From: Haplodiscus bocki
Taxonomy: Eukaryota
Assembly: GCA_965655095.1 (NCBI GenBank)
Contig: OZ296648.1
Location: forward strand, 40,176,001-40,240,000
Length of the DNA: 64,000 nucleotides
Direction of reading: 5' to 3'
Notes under the pieces: generated by a model
Databases searched by the model: none
What the model saw: only the letters and a program-made list of their open reading frames with translations
What the model was told of the DNA's origin: nothing
Shown here: in pieces, positions 1-12,800 of the stretch
Numbering within the stretch: the first letter of the stretch is position 1
Layout: the number at the start of each line of letters is the position of its first letter
Position numbers and translations under genes: made by a program

Positions 1-1260
1 ATTTCATTTCTTTTCCTTGAAGTAGACAAATTTCACCATTCTTGCAGGAGACACGTGACTTGCTTTCCATGTGCCAAGCTAATGGCTTGTTTCGAATTTT
101 TCTGGGTAGGTCTTGCAGTTCAGATAAGTATTCAAAAAGTCACAATTCTGTTGTTCCAATGTTGGTACAATACACTGGGGTTTGACAACCAGAGAACCGA
201 ATTGAAGACGAAAACCGTGAGTGGAAAAACACAAAACCACGGAGGCATCAGTAACTGTAACAGAAACCATACAACTAGGAACCAACTTGAGAACTTTCCA
301 GACCATCAACATCAAGCAGAATGTCTTGATATGCCACTATCAGGATATAAATTCACTGCTCATCAACTTGAGAATGGAGACACTAGGTCTGGAACATGAC
401 CATGTTCTAATGGAAACAGTGGGCTAAGAAAGGTGATACGTATATCTTACACATATACTGAATAGCAATAAAGTGGAACATTGTGATGAGAAGAGATTTA
501 ACTGAAACAGGTGCTGTCAAACATCTGCAGGTAGTACTGCCAAAAAATTTAAAAGCACCATTGAAGGAAACTCCACTCAGGAAATATGGAACTTGTCCTA
601 GAAACTCAAAAAAAATCGAGAGAGAATACTACATCGCAGCACTAGCTTGGAGATTAGGAAATTGGATAGCTGAAAGAAAGCAAGGCTTTCAAAATAAAAA
701 AAGAATGGACACTCGAAGGTTGAGACCTCTAAGTTGTGGTTCGTCTGGCTCAGCAATGGTACCTGCAGATGCAATAGATAAAGAAATAATTCCCATCCTG
801 ACAACGCAGGGGATACAAAAAGTGCATTACACTAAGAGACATCTTTTGAGAAACTTTCCGCATTTTCAATCATTCACTGTAACGCGAACAGTTACACGGT
901 GCGTGTCGTGTATAAATTGAACAAATACACATGACTGCCGACCAAGGAGCACAAATCAGCCTGACAATGCCAAAGATACAACCAAGTCTTAAACATCACA
1001 CAACAAGCAACGACGACACACGCTCAGATAATTGGAGTTATTGGGAGAGCAGATTCATCATTAAAAAGTGATATAAAAGTTCAACGTGGTGAGAGAAAGC
1101 TTACGGCTTGGTGCTATTGAAGTACACTATTTCCCATTAGGCATCCCCAGGTTACGAAATCGAGCAGAGTATTTCATAGACGAGTTTTAAGCAATATTTC
1201 AGACCCAAAAGCTGGCTTAAGACCGTCACTTATGGAACCTCCAATAGAACTCTCCGAGGG
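1..1260 (+). mobile_element. Decayed Ty3/Gypsy LTR-retrotransposon pol fragment (end of RNase H, integrase Zn-binding region and core)
   Basis: ORF 483-920 (…ETGAVKHLQVVLPKNL…EREYYIAALAWRLGNWI…KRMDTRRLRP…PADAIDKEIIPIL) follows Gypsy integrase N-terminal order. Frameshifted pieces downstream keep the expected order: NKYT*LPT (~920-943), TTTHAQIIGVIGRADSSLK (~1011-1067, cf. TTKHAQTIGxLERxHxSLK), SRVFHRRV (~1163-1186) and NISDPKAGLRP (~1193-1225). Catalytic and Zn-binding residues are lost and there are many stops. Confidence 0.75.
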
Positions 1261-2509
1261 GAAATAAATTTAGAAAAAGTTTTCCTTTTTTCCTGTAGTA
1301 TCGTAAAAGCTGGAAGTACCAAACAACCTTCGGCACAAAAACAAAGTTTCAGCTTTCTTGTTTTGAGGTTTCTCAGATTTTTCCATTAAACGAAAAGTCT
1401 CGCGAAACGTTTTTGTGAGACAAAAGTTTCGGTTTCTCGGCCCACATCTCAGTATATATTACTTGAAACTTTCTATAAAATTGAAATTGGTATTAACTTT
1501 CAATGATTTTTCTTTCAAATCGTTTTCGAAAACTGAAGCCTGGATTTCGTTATGTTCGGTGAATGTCGCACTGCCACTGTGCCTCTTGTTGAATCATATT
1601 TTGAATTTTCTGAAGTTATGTATTCTCAAACTTAGGACAACACAGATTCTGACAGTTGGGTGTCAATTGTCGCAACAGCCAGAAAAAATTTAGCGAATGT
1701 TATAGGACTTTTTATGTGTCCTAGAGGTATATTCAACCTATTGTAAAGTTTTCAAAACTAATTACATCCTTACTAAAGGTTGATTGCTAGCCCCGGGTGC
1801 TCAGAATGGATCCAAATAATGAAAATGTCCTTTAAAAATTGAATCCTGAAGAGTTCAAACAAGCCAGGAAAGCTGGATTCGCAACTGCGCATATGGAATT
1901 ATGTGAAAGGAAGTATCACGAAAACTTTCGGTACTTGGTCTTTGAAAAAACTGAGAATTTGTATTCTCGTACATAATACAATACTTTTTTATCCTTCAAG
2001 AAAGTTTCAATCTCTTGCAGAACCGCCAGAAGTCTAAGATTCCAATACAAGACTGTACGCCGTTCGAAGATGTAGTCAATTTTGCGGCCTTAGAAACGAA
2101 AAAACTGATAGACATTTTAACTGTTGATCACTTTTTCCTGAATTGAAAGCCAGAAAAAAAATCGGAAAAATTTCACGCAAAAGTAGGGTCCAATAATGTT
2201 GACTTGTTATTTCAGGGAACATGTTTTATAACGAAGAGAAGATGCGGACGATCAGCTGACATGTAATTTGTAAGTTTTCACTGCCGCATCGAAAGATTGT
2301 ACTTTCACACTATGCCTAATGAAATAAACACCTCTATTGGCTTCATTGCAATTACTTCAGAGTTTCAAATACTCGTTATAATTTTGGAGCCTGGACCCTC
2401 AAGATAAAATTTGTTCAGCAAGAGACACTGAACTCTTGTATACAAACTGAACCTAAAAGATTCCTGCTGAAATTCGCGGTAAGATAAAAAAGCTGTCTAC
2501 TGGATGTAA

Positions 2510-2995
2510 AACAAGATGACCGGCTACCACCGGAATGATTTCCGCCATCCAGTTTTTACATAATATGCGATGCTTTTTAGAAAAATAAAATCGTTTTTTT
2601 CTGATGCGCACTCTTCAGCAAATTTTCTAATTTTTCTGAACTTAAAAAATTTTGCAAAAAACTGAATTTGGGTGGAAAAAAGACATTTTTGAGAAATATT
2701 ATCATTTTGTAATAATTCTGCAGCAAATTTGCCACCTTTGACGATTCTGGAAAGAATCATGTTTTTTTTTCTAAAAAAACCCAACTTTTTTTCCCCAAAA
2801 AACTCCAAATTTCTCAAGTTTCTGCAAATCTTATTATCTCAGTCGCATTCCACGGCAAGTTTGCTATATTTAAGTGATAAAGAATTCAAATTCAGAATCG
2901 GACTTAATCAATCGGCAACTAAATGTAAAAAAAACGTCCGCGCTGAGTGTATGATTTTCCTTCCATTTTACAAAAATGGGCGGCAAATAATAATT
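2510..2995. mobile_element. Non-autonomous Helentron/DINE-1-like interspersed repeat, family A (begins AACAAGATGACC)
   Basis: A second copy starts at 34364 and shares ccgcctaccaccgg…cgcc.tcca and aa.ttgccaccttta. There is an imperfect subterminal inverted repeat: tttccgcca (2539-2547) vs tgggcggcaaa (2977-2987). No coding capacity. The class assignment is inference from the AACAAG terminus plus the subterminal IR. Confidence 0.5.
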
Positions 2996-4100
2996 CGAGT
3001 TGCATCATAAACTTGCCAACTTTCTGCTTATTGTAATCTTTCGAATTTTTTTGCGAAATTTATCACTCTCGCCAGATTTTTGCAAGATTCGACAAAGAAA
3101 CTTGAAGAATATCATATCATCCTTCCATACAAAATTTAGACAGAAAGTTGTATATGAATCCTTTTCCAATCAAAAAGTATTTGGTAAAATATAAATTCAT
3201 ACAAAACATCTCGACTTGGGTTTCCGCAGAAATCACTTTAGTATGAGCTAAGCACAGCTTCAATTCACTGGTGCCATTAAAACAAATATTTTGCTGACAT
3301 TTTGCAAAAAGTGAGGTAGTTCTTTGCTTGAACGGGGTTCTTCGCTTTTCGAATTATTGCTTTAACTACGGATCCACCATAAATCAGTACAAAACATTAA
3401 ACTTTAAGATATTATTCAAAATAATGAAAACTTCTTTAAAAAATGGTGTTTTTGGGGCTAAAGTAGGCCAAAGATAGCTAGCTAACTTATCCATTTTTTC
3501 GGGAAATTCGCTTTCTTGCTTTCCATATCAACTTTTATGCAATTAGTTTACTTAGTACAATACAAAATATATATTTTTGCTAAATTCAGCAACAAACTCA
3601 AATAATTTGAATGAAAAGATGTTTTTGGTTCTTTTAATAGATTAAATAGCTAACTTTGCATCTTTTCTGGATTTTTCGCTTCTCGTACCTCTCATTTAAT
3701 ATTTTTAGCTACAAAAGCATTGAAAACCAAGACGAAAGAACGTATTCAACAAAATTTTGGCCAATTGAAACTATATGCGAAAAAAAATCCGTTTCCAGCG
3801 AATTTGCAAAAAAAATCGTTAAAAGCATACAATAGAAATTTAGAAATGGAGACGATAGTGTTTTTCAAGTAAAAGGTAGTAACAATGGGGGAAAAGGATC
3901 GGACCAGAGTTTGTAAGAGAAGTTTTTCCGAAGAAGTCCAGCTCAGTAAGCGAGATTTTAATCACTTCTTTGAATCTTATGGACAGATTCTAAAAAAAAA
4001 AGAAACAAAAAGGAAAACACACCTACTGAATTGAATATTTTTCTTATGCAATAACTTGCAACCAAGAATAAATAATTGATCACTATCTATAACTATGCAT

Positions 4101-4418
4101 TCATAATCCTCGTTGCATGTTGCGCAGTTGCCTTATGTTAGGTGATTTTTGAATCCACTGAAACTGTGACACACAGCTGGAATCACAACATTTTGCCTGG
4201 ATAGACTCCAGATAAGCTGCACTACCTTGTTGGTCACTAGCTTTGAAGGGTTCGCATGACACAGAGTACCATCCAGACTCAGATTGTGAAAAGTTAGTGA
4301 TGCGCAAAATTTGTATCAAGACATTATTATTAGAATTGGACGTTGCCTGGATTATTAATGGGGCGCTACATTTTGCAGTAATCCCAAAGATGAGCTGTAT
4401 GCAAATAATGAACAACAT
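4101..4418 (-). CDS. Candidate secreted-protein exon or small ORF (105 aa from the ATG at 4418)
   Basis: MLFIICIQLIFGITAKCS reads like a signal peptide. LRITNFSQSESGWYSVSC resembles the Ig-fold LxIxxvxxxDsGxYxC pattern, followed by a Cys-rich segment. No homolog recognised and the exon structure is unknown. Confidence 0.35.
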   Translation of the reverse strand: MLFIICIQLIFGITAKCSAPLIIQATSNSNNNVLIQILRITNFSQSESGWYSVSCEPFKASDQQGSAAYLESIQAKCCDSSCVSQFQWIQKSPNIRQLRNMQRGL

Positions 4419-7400
4419 TTTCCTTAATAATCGGAACCTCGGAAAAATTCGACAATACCAAGTTATATCCGCTAAAATTTGAAAAGTATTGTGACTTGGC
4501 AATTTCTGAATTTTCATTCGTTTTTATTTCGAAGGCTGTGCTAATAGACAATGTGTTGTTTTGGCGCTAAATAAGAATCTTGGAAATAGCGTCAATTGTG
4601 GTTTCAGCGATTGTTTTCTCCAAACAATGGAAATGCCTGCTGAAAAAATATTTGAAAAAACTTGTGGAGGAATTATAAGAGTACAGATCCACTTTGAGGT
4701 TCATTGAGAAATATTGATTTTTATATGATACTTTATGACCAATACATTCCGTTCGTTTCAGCTGAATTTCGTTAAAAAAAGGATCGATAAAAAAGAGCAG
4801 CGAAATGAATGAACCTGCAAAACACTCTTGGAGTTGACTACATGCAAGGAAAATTTTCAGGAAGATATTACATAACAATCAAGCGCAATGGGATTTATCC
4901 ATTTTGTCCCCCCCCCACCAAAAAAATAATACACCCCCTACAATTGGAATGATCTGACTCATTGTTTTCTTAATTAATAATTTGAACAGCTAATTTAAGG
5001 GTAACTAGGGATTAAAGGTTAACTCTTCTCCAGGTTGGACAGCCATGCTCAAACACGGATTTGACATCCATGGTCGAACATTGAAGATCAAGCTATATCA
5101 TGACATCAACATGGTGTTTCATAATCACCATGACATTATCCTGACTACATTTTTCCTGCCGGTTATGCAATATTGTATGATAATGGCTTAATCGTCGATG
5201 AAGAGGCAATGATCATGCGATGGGGTCTTTAATAGTAACACAGAGGCGAAGCTGCTATTTTTGAAGTTGGCAAATGCCCGCCTATTACGGTCCACCCGCG
5301 TTTCTTTTTGTATCATTCACAACTCGCATTTGCAGCCAATTGCAGTGCGGCTCGTACTACTTCGCTCATAACCAAACCAGCAGGTATCGTTTAGCGTACT
5401 GGTTATTGACGACAGCCAAGTGCGATCCCTTACTACGAGCATTCAGGTTTCAATCCCAACGCGACCAGTTTTTTTAACTTTAATATTTTTTTTCTTTTTT
5501 CAATTTTAGCATCAATGGAGGGAGATATGTTTTCTGCTCCGAGGATAGTTTTAAAGTTCACTTCAAATTGAAGTTTATTAATTTTTACCGACTACTTTGC
5601 CCTGGATTTGAAAAAAGTACCAAAAAATAACTTGGGTACCATTTTCCGAGTTGAGCTAAAATATCAACCAAATCAATTTTTGCATCCAAAATTTGACAAT
5701 TTTAATAGCAACGTATACTGTCTGGAATACTTTTTCTTGAGAATAATTCTCCCATTAAGTTTTTTTGCTAAAAACTCTTCGTTTTTATCGTATTTCAGTA
5801 CGAAAAAAAAATTCATTCTCCAGTATCGCATATTTTTTTGCTGTTTTGCCCTACAAATCAACAACAAATCCATCTAAGGTAAAAAGAAGGTGATAATTTG
5901 ACAAAGTTTACAGTTCTTGGAATTTTTTTAAAAATTGGTACTCCTGAGTCTCCAGAGACAACCAATGATTTTAGTTTTTGTTCAATTGCTCCCCAAATTA
6001 CTGGCTTGTCTACTATTGTTCAGGGTAGGATGAATCTTCACGTGTTACTTTATTTGAAGAAGTTTTTCTGGTTTTTTTCTTGTACAATAAGCTTTTCTCT
6101 GAGCTGCAAACAAGCATTCGTTGCATACTGGGACTCTAATCCTTCTTGTGGTGTGCGAAATTCAAATATGAATCTCATATGTAAAAGTATCTTCTTGGTG
6201 AAATTTTGATAATTTTTTTTTGGTTTTTCTAATAAAAACCATGCCAGTTTACATCAAAAACGTCTTTTCCTATTTTAATACTTTTTGGCAATTTTCATAT
6301 GTTTTTGAGGTGTAAATTTATGCAAAATTTTTGGAAATTTGGGCACTATGTTCGACAGGTTTTTCTCCCGTATGGGTGGGTTTTGCTCTCCCGAGTTTTG
6401 CAAAACTTGCCAGTTTTGCCCGGTTTGCCAGGCTCCGTTCCGCTTCTGTTGAATCATTTTCAAGAAGTTGAGCAGCAGCATCTACCATTCACCAAACGAA
6501 ATTGCTCGCTTGATTCTGATAAGTTTTTCGTTATTTTGAGAAGAAATTGTTTAAATTGACGAAAATAGATGGAAAACACAGCTTTTCAACAGCAACCGAA
6601 ATAACTAACTTTCAAGTTAAGCATTATCTGGCATCGAAACAAACCTCAATTACCTTAGACAGCCAAAAAAGATTAAAGAGCTTTTGAAATTCAAAGAAAA
6701 AGAAAAGCCAGTAAAAAAAAACAAAATTGGAGGAAAGCCCATCAAGGATTTCTTCTTTCAGCTGCTTTTTAATACGCCCTACATAATGGGAGTCTGCCAG
6801 ACAATCTTTGAGGAAAACAATAGCAAAGACGATGCACAATTGTTTTGAGCCTCAAGTTAGCAATTCGGTCATTTTGTGTGACAGTTAAAAACATGACATC
6901 TCTGCTACATGCAAAATGCACAAACTGCGAGCTTTTGGATGAACACTGACTGACTTCAAAATAATTGGTAAGTGAAAAAGTCACAAATGAAAAACTCCTA
7001 AGCTCGAACGTCAAGGTATTTTAAAGTAGAGGTACGAAACAGTCATCTAGGGTTTTCAATTTGTGGATTTCTGAAAAAGTGTGGGATTGCCGCAATGCGA
7101 CTGATAGTTTTTGAGGAAGCAAATTCAAAAAAGTTAGGCAAACTTTTTCGACTATGGAGATGCACCTTGATTTTTCATACACTTCATACGTGGAATTTTA
7201 TGAAAGTGAAACTTTTTGGTCCGGGCACTATTTACTTTCATCACGGTTTTCTAACTTGCACCAGAAAAATTTTTTAAAAAGGGTTGTGAAGTCAAACAAC
7301 AGTTTTCAATCTCTACAAGAAAAAATCTCCCACTAAGTTTGTCTCATACTGCAGGGTCTACTGGTTCTGGAACGTTCCATCCACGGCACTTGTGAAGCCG

Positions 7401-7439
7401 ACTGACAAATGAACGCGGAGTCAAATGCCTGATAAAGTT

Positions 7440-9600
7440 CTAATACCTATCGAGTGAACAGCTGAGAAGCCGTTGCCATTTTCGAACGATCAGCTGGACG
7501 TCTCTAACGATCTAATGCTGTGACACTTGGTTGACGCAAAATTAACAGAGCTGAAACACAGCTTGGCGAAACTTTTAACTCAAAACCCCAAATGTTTAAC
7601 AATCTAAACACAAACAGTTGGAAGTTACCTGAAAAACCGGAGTCTTATTGTTTGAAATCTATGTGACACAAATCACATGAAAAGTATTGATGAGAAGAAA
7701 TCTCCGCCTAGGCTTCAAGTTTAGGCACGCTAGAGCTTAGAAAGAATCTGCATCCTGGCCACAAATCTCCTGCTAGTTATGGATTTGAACGCAGTTATGG
7801 CAAGATCATCACCTTCGCCGAGGGAAGCAAAGACTGGGTCACCTCATTGGCCATGAAACTGTGAGACGAAGTAATGTTTTGTATCGCAGTAAGACCCCTG
7901 AAGACATGTCGCTTGGTTACATGGAATAAATGCACAGGCGTTCGCCCTATAGAGATAGGAGAAACATTATCACATTTTTTTGTAAAACAGTACTTTGGAT
8001 TACAAAAGCATCAGAGAGGTGGTTGGAAACTGATTGATGAAGTGAAGTGTGGATCGATACATTAGATGATCCAGTCAATTGGTGACGAAGCCACCGACGA
8101 CTGCGGTCCTCTCCGCCGTTTACTCAGCAAAACCGCCGTACTCAGCATACGCCTGATTTGACCCGATATTTTTTTCTTTGCTTATGAATGACCAAGGGTT
8201 TTCACTGTTGTTTCTGAATTGTTCTTACAACTTCATTTTTAGTACAGAGAACAGATTCATCACTGGGTGATATCTTTGCAATGCGGAGTACCGTTAAAGT
8301 CATTAGTTTGGGAATTGAATAATCATCAAGATCAGACCCCGAAATGATATGAACAAAATCAGGCAATAGTTATGTGAGTCCCGACATGTTTGATGCAGTG
8401 TTTCATTTGTTTGATCAAAAAAGGTTCAATTTAACGGTACTTCCCCGAATCTGACGAATACTTCATAATTGTCGAGCTTCAGAGCATGGCAGTAACGGCA
8501 AATGTTATTGCTTGCGGCTTTTAGTCAGAATATAATTATCAGTCATGGTATAGGACATCTGTGTTGCCTAACTTGGAACGGACTGAAAGCATGGAAATGT
8601 ACAAATGTCCTACGTTTTCATATAGTACCAAAAATTTTATGGTAACCCTTTTGCGTATGAAAAATAATTTCTTTTGAGTATAGCAAATGTTTCATGATTT
8701 CTCTTTCCTTCGCATGGATGAAAAAAAACTGAGTAACTTTGCAAACAAAAACTTTCGTGATAAATCTCTTGCCTGGATGAAATTTCGCGAACACCAGGTT
8801 TTTTGATGCCAACTTTTTCGAGAAAGCTCCCAGAGAATTCCTGATTCCGCCTTCACATATCTTGAGGCATACGATCAACGCTGTCTCGAGCCTTCTTGGC
8901 TTGCCTTCGCAACCGATAAAAAGTTTATTTACTTGACCTCAGACGAAGATCGGATTGGAAGATTTGGGAAAATACCTATCAATACACACAATTTGGTTCA
9001 AGTTGGACATCGAGTAAAAAATAGATAAAAATTGAACCTTGCTTTAAAAATTGTCACAATGCACAACGCAGTGCACCTGTTGAAAAGGCTTTTAACAAGT
9101 TTTAACCGCAATGTTGTTTTTCGGTCGGCAGGTCCAAACGCATGTTTGCTTTATTTCTTTGAAGCAATTCAGTCCAAATGTTCGCCATTTTTCCCGTACC
9201 AGCTTCACACTAAAGCCTTCGCAACAAAGGATTTGTCTCTTTCAGGTGCCTGCGAGGAATGCTCAAGAATTTGATTGCTTTTTTTACAAGTTTAAAATTT
9301 TTAGTTGTAGCACTGGCCGTTGGACGTCGTCATTTTCTCTTCTACGCTGAAGAATCCTTTATGCCCCCCTAGAAGTCACTTTAACATATTGTTACAGATT
9401 AGAAATTCTCTACATTTTTTGAAAATTAACCGAAACGAAATCTTTTGTTTATCCAATACATCATTTCGAATTGGAAAATCCCTCAAATACCAGCTATGCT
9501 GTGACTTTTTTCACCGCATAAATCTCTAAGTTTTGACTTCATTTTCTTTACTGACAATTGGTCAAGTCTCATCAATACATAGATGCGTCCAGTAATACCC
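7440..9600 (+). mobile_element. Probable fossil Polinton/Maverick (adintovirus-like) structural module: major capsid C-terminus, protease, minor capsid, packaging ATPase
   Basis: Very degenerate frameshifted fragments occur in the order expected for this module. Capsid-like: IFERSAGRL (~7477), TQNP, LGF, MDLNA…EVMFCIAVR (7778-7893). Minor-capsid-like: EDLGKI (~8958), LALKIVTMHNA (9038-9070). ATPase-like: NRNVVFRSAGP, ATKDLSLSGACEE, VALAVGRRH, LSNTSFRIGKS (9104-9482). The Walker A motif is destroyed. Comparison is from remembered family motifs only. Confidence 0.35.
8287..8441. repeat. 155-bp segment bounded by perfect 12-bp inverted repeats (MITE-like)
   Basis: agtaccgttaaa (8287-8298) and tttaacggtact (8430-8441) are exact reverse complements. 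No clear target-site duplication and only one copy in the window. Confidence 0.35.
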
Positions 9601-10949
9601 ATCTTTTGATGAACCAATATGCCGTAAAATAAAATATATCACTATACCAAAATATACAATTTTAGCTAATGCTCTCGAATCAATGGAATTTTGGAACTGG
9701 AAAAACTAACAAAAAAATAAATTCCTTCGGACCTGACTATTGAAACTTTAAAAGTCTTATTCTACTATCTACCACGCGTTACAATATCACAATATCAGTC
9801 ATTTTTCAGAGGCACAATGAGATAAATCGAATTGATAGTCACCGAGAAAAGAATTTCGAACAGAGATCAAAGTAAATCAATTTCGTTTTTTTTCGGTAAA
9901 TTCAATTTCAACAATTTTTTAGATGAAATTAAGAGACATAAATTTGTTGGACTCGATCTTTTCCAGATATATTTAGTTTTTCACTAGGTGTTGAATAAAA
10001 ACATATTAAGTGGTAGTTATGAATAAAAAATAAATATCGATTATAGTCAACTAGCAAACTAGCAGTACGTTTTTCTTGTTTTTTTTTCGAAAGTTATTTT
10101 TGCCGAAAAAGAAATGGGAGGCAGCAAATCTGTTTCAAAGGATGTATTTAGCCTCTGGTTTAGCGCGCATTTCCCAAAATTAACTTGGCACCTACTGAAA
10201 AAGACATTTTGAACATCGATCATAAGTCATTTATCATTGTATTTTTTTGTTGTTTCATTCATTTTTTTGAAGATGATAGCAAAAGGCTCCAATTTTCTCC
10301 ATTAGAACTTTTACAGTTAATATTAGCTTTCACAAGGTGGCAAATCTGAACTGATAGTCACAGGGGAAAGAAATCATCGATCATAACCAACCGTTACACT
10401 TTTCCTGATATTTTAGGATTTTTTTCTGTGAGAACTCAAGACAGATTAAACTTCTGGTTAAGTATTCAATGGTCCAAATTAAACTTTGGCCATAAAGAAG
10501 AACAATTTTGATATCCCTCATAGCCAATCATCATTGTTTATTCTGGTAATTTCATTCTCTTTACTTTTGACGATAAAAGTGGGAGGCTTAAATCGGTTCC
10601 AGAGAGATCTTTTCCAAAAGGTTAATTTTTGTTTAGGCGTTCCATGAACGAGTAATTAGGTTGTCACTAGGCTTGAAAACTTTGAATATTGATCATAGTC
10701 AGCGAACAAGTGTTTTTGGTATTTTTGATCGAAAAGGTTATCAATTCAAAAAAGAATGCGAAGGCATTTATGTGTTTCACTTGATTTTTTCGCTTTTGAT
10801 CGGGCTGTCAGTGAACAAAATCTGATTGCAAAATTCGCTCAAAATTGGCAAGCGCTGACTCAGGATTTTAAGTCCAGTTCCCGAAAGTATTTTTTCGAAA
10901 CGGAAGAAAATCGAAAGATAGCAACTGCTCCGAGAATTGTAATTTACTT

Positions 10950-11281
10950 TTAGACACCTTCAAAAAATCTTCAAGAAGTAGACGAAAAGCAAAAAAATCT
11001 TGTTTACTATTCGAAGTCATTCCACTTTGCCTTCCAGCGGCTAAACCACAAACGCTTCCCAAGCAGCACGTACTCGATGATTCATTGGCCATGGACGTAG
11101 GAACACAGCCTAGCTGTAACTGTAAGGCAACTAGTTCTAGCAGACGTACCCTAACATCAGTGGATTTAACATCACATCCACATTTATTCGGACGAGTAAA
11201 AACGAACACGACCTTGGTTTCACCTTCGATTTTAAAAATAAAATTCCCCAAGACATTCATCAAAACTGCGTGATGCCCCAT
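10950..11281. other. Possible coding exon, strand unresolved
   Basis: This GC-richer island is open in register on both strands: minus ORF 10868-11281, and a plus frame open from ~10956 to 11273. A plus-strand acceptor-like tttacttttag ends at 10953, overlapping a minus-strand donor-like aa/gtaaat. No recognisable domain. Confidence 0.25.
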
Positions 11282-12562
11282 TCATCAGTCAAATTTTTCC
11301 AAAATAAACCAATTCCAAGTTTTCCAAAACACTTAAGGCCCGTGATTTTTCTCTTTAACTTTTCTCAAGATTGTAGAAACACCTAGGTTTCTCACTGATC
11401 TCCAAAAGGCGACAAATGCCACAAGCGACATCTTTTGTCACAAAATACATCGGCACAACTTGTTTAGCTAGCTTTTGTTGAAGTCTTTTTAACTTGTAAC
11501 AGAAATCTTGCGCCAGATAGTTGTTATATCATCTCACTTCTTTGAGGATCATTTTTAAAATAAAATTACAGATTTATTATTTCGAACATTCTAAGATCAC
11601 AAATTAAATTACATTCAAGAATTTCCGGTACAGAATATTTGTGAGTTGTCGTCTTTGGCATTATGTGGCAAGTTGTTGCTTGTAGCAATTTATCATACTA
11701 CTTGATCTCTTGGTCATAATCTTTCAGATGTTGTGAATTTTTTGGATTCGTGCTCGTCATTTAAATGGATAAACGTGGGATAATCTCACCAAGGTGAGTA
11801 ATATTCCAAGCACTAGGAGCCAGGTCTATTAACTTGTTGTGATATTGAGCCTAAATAGTTAACCATGTGATTTTTGACCATGTGATATTCAGAATATGCA
11901 ATTACCTTAAAATGAATCTCTCCATGACGAAAGAGATGCTTTGCCAATTTGCAAATTTTTTTTGGTTTAATAGAAAAAAGCCTGCTGAAGCTTAGAGGAG
12001 AGTGAATAACGTGAACAATTGCAATTTCACGAGCAGATCACATTTTAGGCCTCAGTAGAGGTGCAAATTTACACGATTTTACAAAAATAAGCCACATTAC
12101 TCTATAGAGCACAATTGGAGATTAAGAGAACAACAATAGAGCTATAGTATTTGAAATTAATTTGGCAACTTTTCCATTTATCAACCTGCTCAAGAAAGAT
12201 ATTTAAAAAGAAACAGCACAAGGAAACAAAACACAAGTCACGTAAGTACCTCAACATTGTTAAAATACAATTCTAAAATCTGAAATCATAGCATTTTTGA
12301 CATTTTCAGCAAGAGGGTACAATGGCAGCTTACTAATAATGAACAAAAACATCAGCAGAAAAAGCAAACATGGCAAAATATTTTGGCCGTGGTTGCACTA
12401 TTATTCATTTCAGAACTACCATGAAAGTGGTCTCACAACTGATAATGGCATGATAAATGCTCACAATCAAGGAGTGATAAAAAAGGAATCTAGTTCCAAG
12501 AAAACAACACCTCCAAAATACGTAAAACAAGTAAAATGAATGCGCGGAGCAAACACAACCAT

Positions 12563-12683
12563 TTTATTGAAACACTGTTCATCTGTATTCCGAGTCTTTT
12601 TCACAACCCTCCCGAACAAAAGCTCGACAAATCATCTCTAATGACTCTGATTCGATTGTTGGCGTGCTTGCTCTCGGTTTATT
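12563..12683 (-). promoter_or_regulatory. Two candidate AATAAA polyadenylation signals for SLBP
   Basis: Plus-strand TTTATT at 12678-12683 and 12563-12568, about 120 and 235 nt downstream of the SLBP stop. Confidence 0.4.
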
Positions 12684-12800
12684 GAGTTAAGAAATGAAGT
12701 AAACAACTATTTAAGCCATAATAATAAGTGTTGACAACTTGTCACAAATTGAATCAATCAAATATTGTTCACAACAGCTGACTGTTTTTTTATCACTCGG

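Noticed and set aside
6318-6488. 56-aa minus-strand ORF (MVDAAAQLLE…THTGEKP…) with a C2H2 zinc-finger linker
   Set aside because: No flanking Cys/His finger pattern. It is short and preceded directly by a stop, so probably chance, although an exon cannot be excluded.
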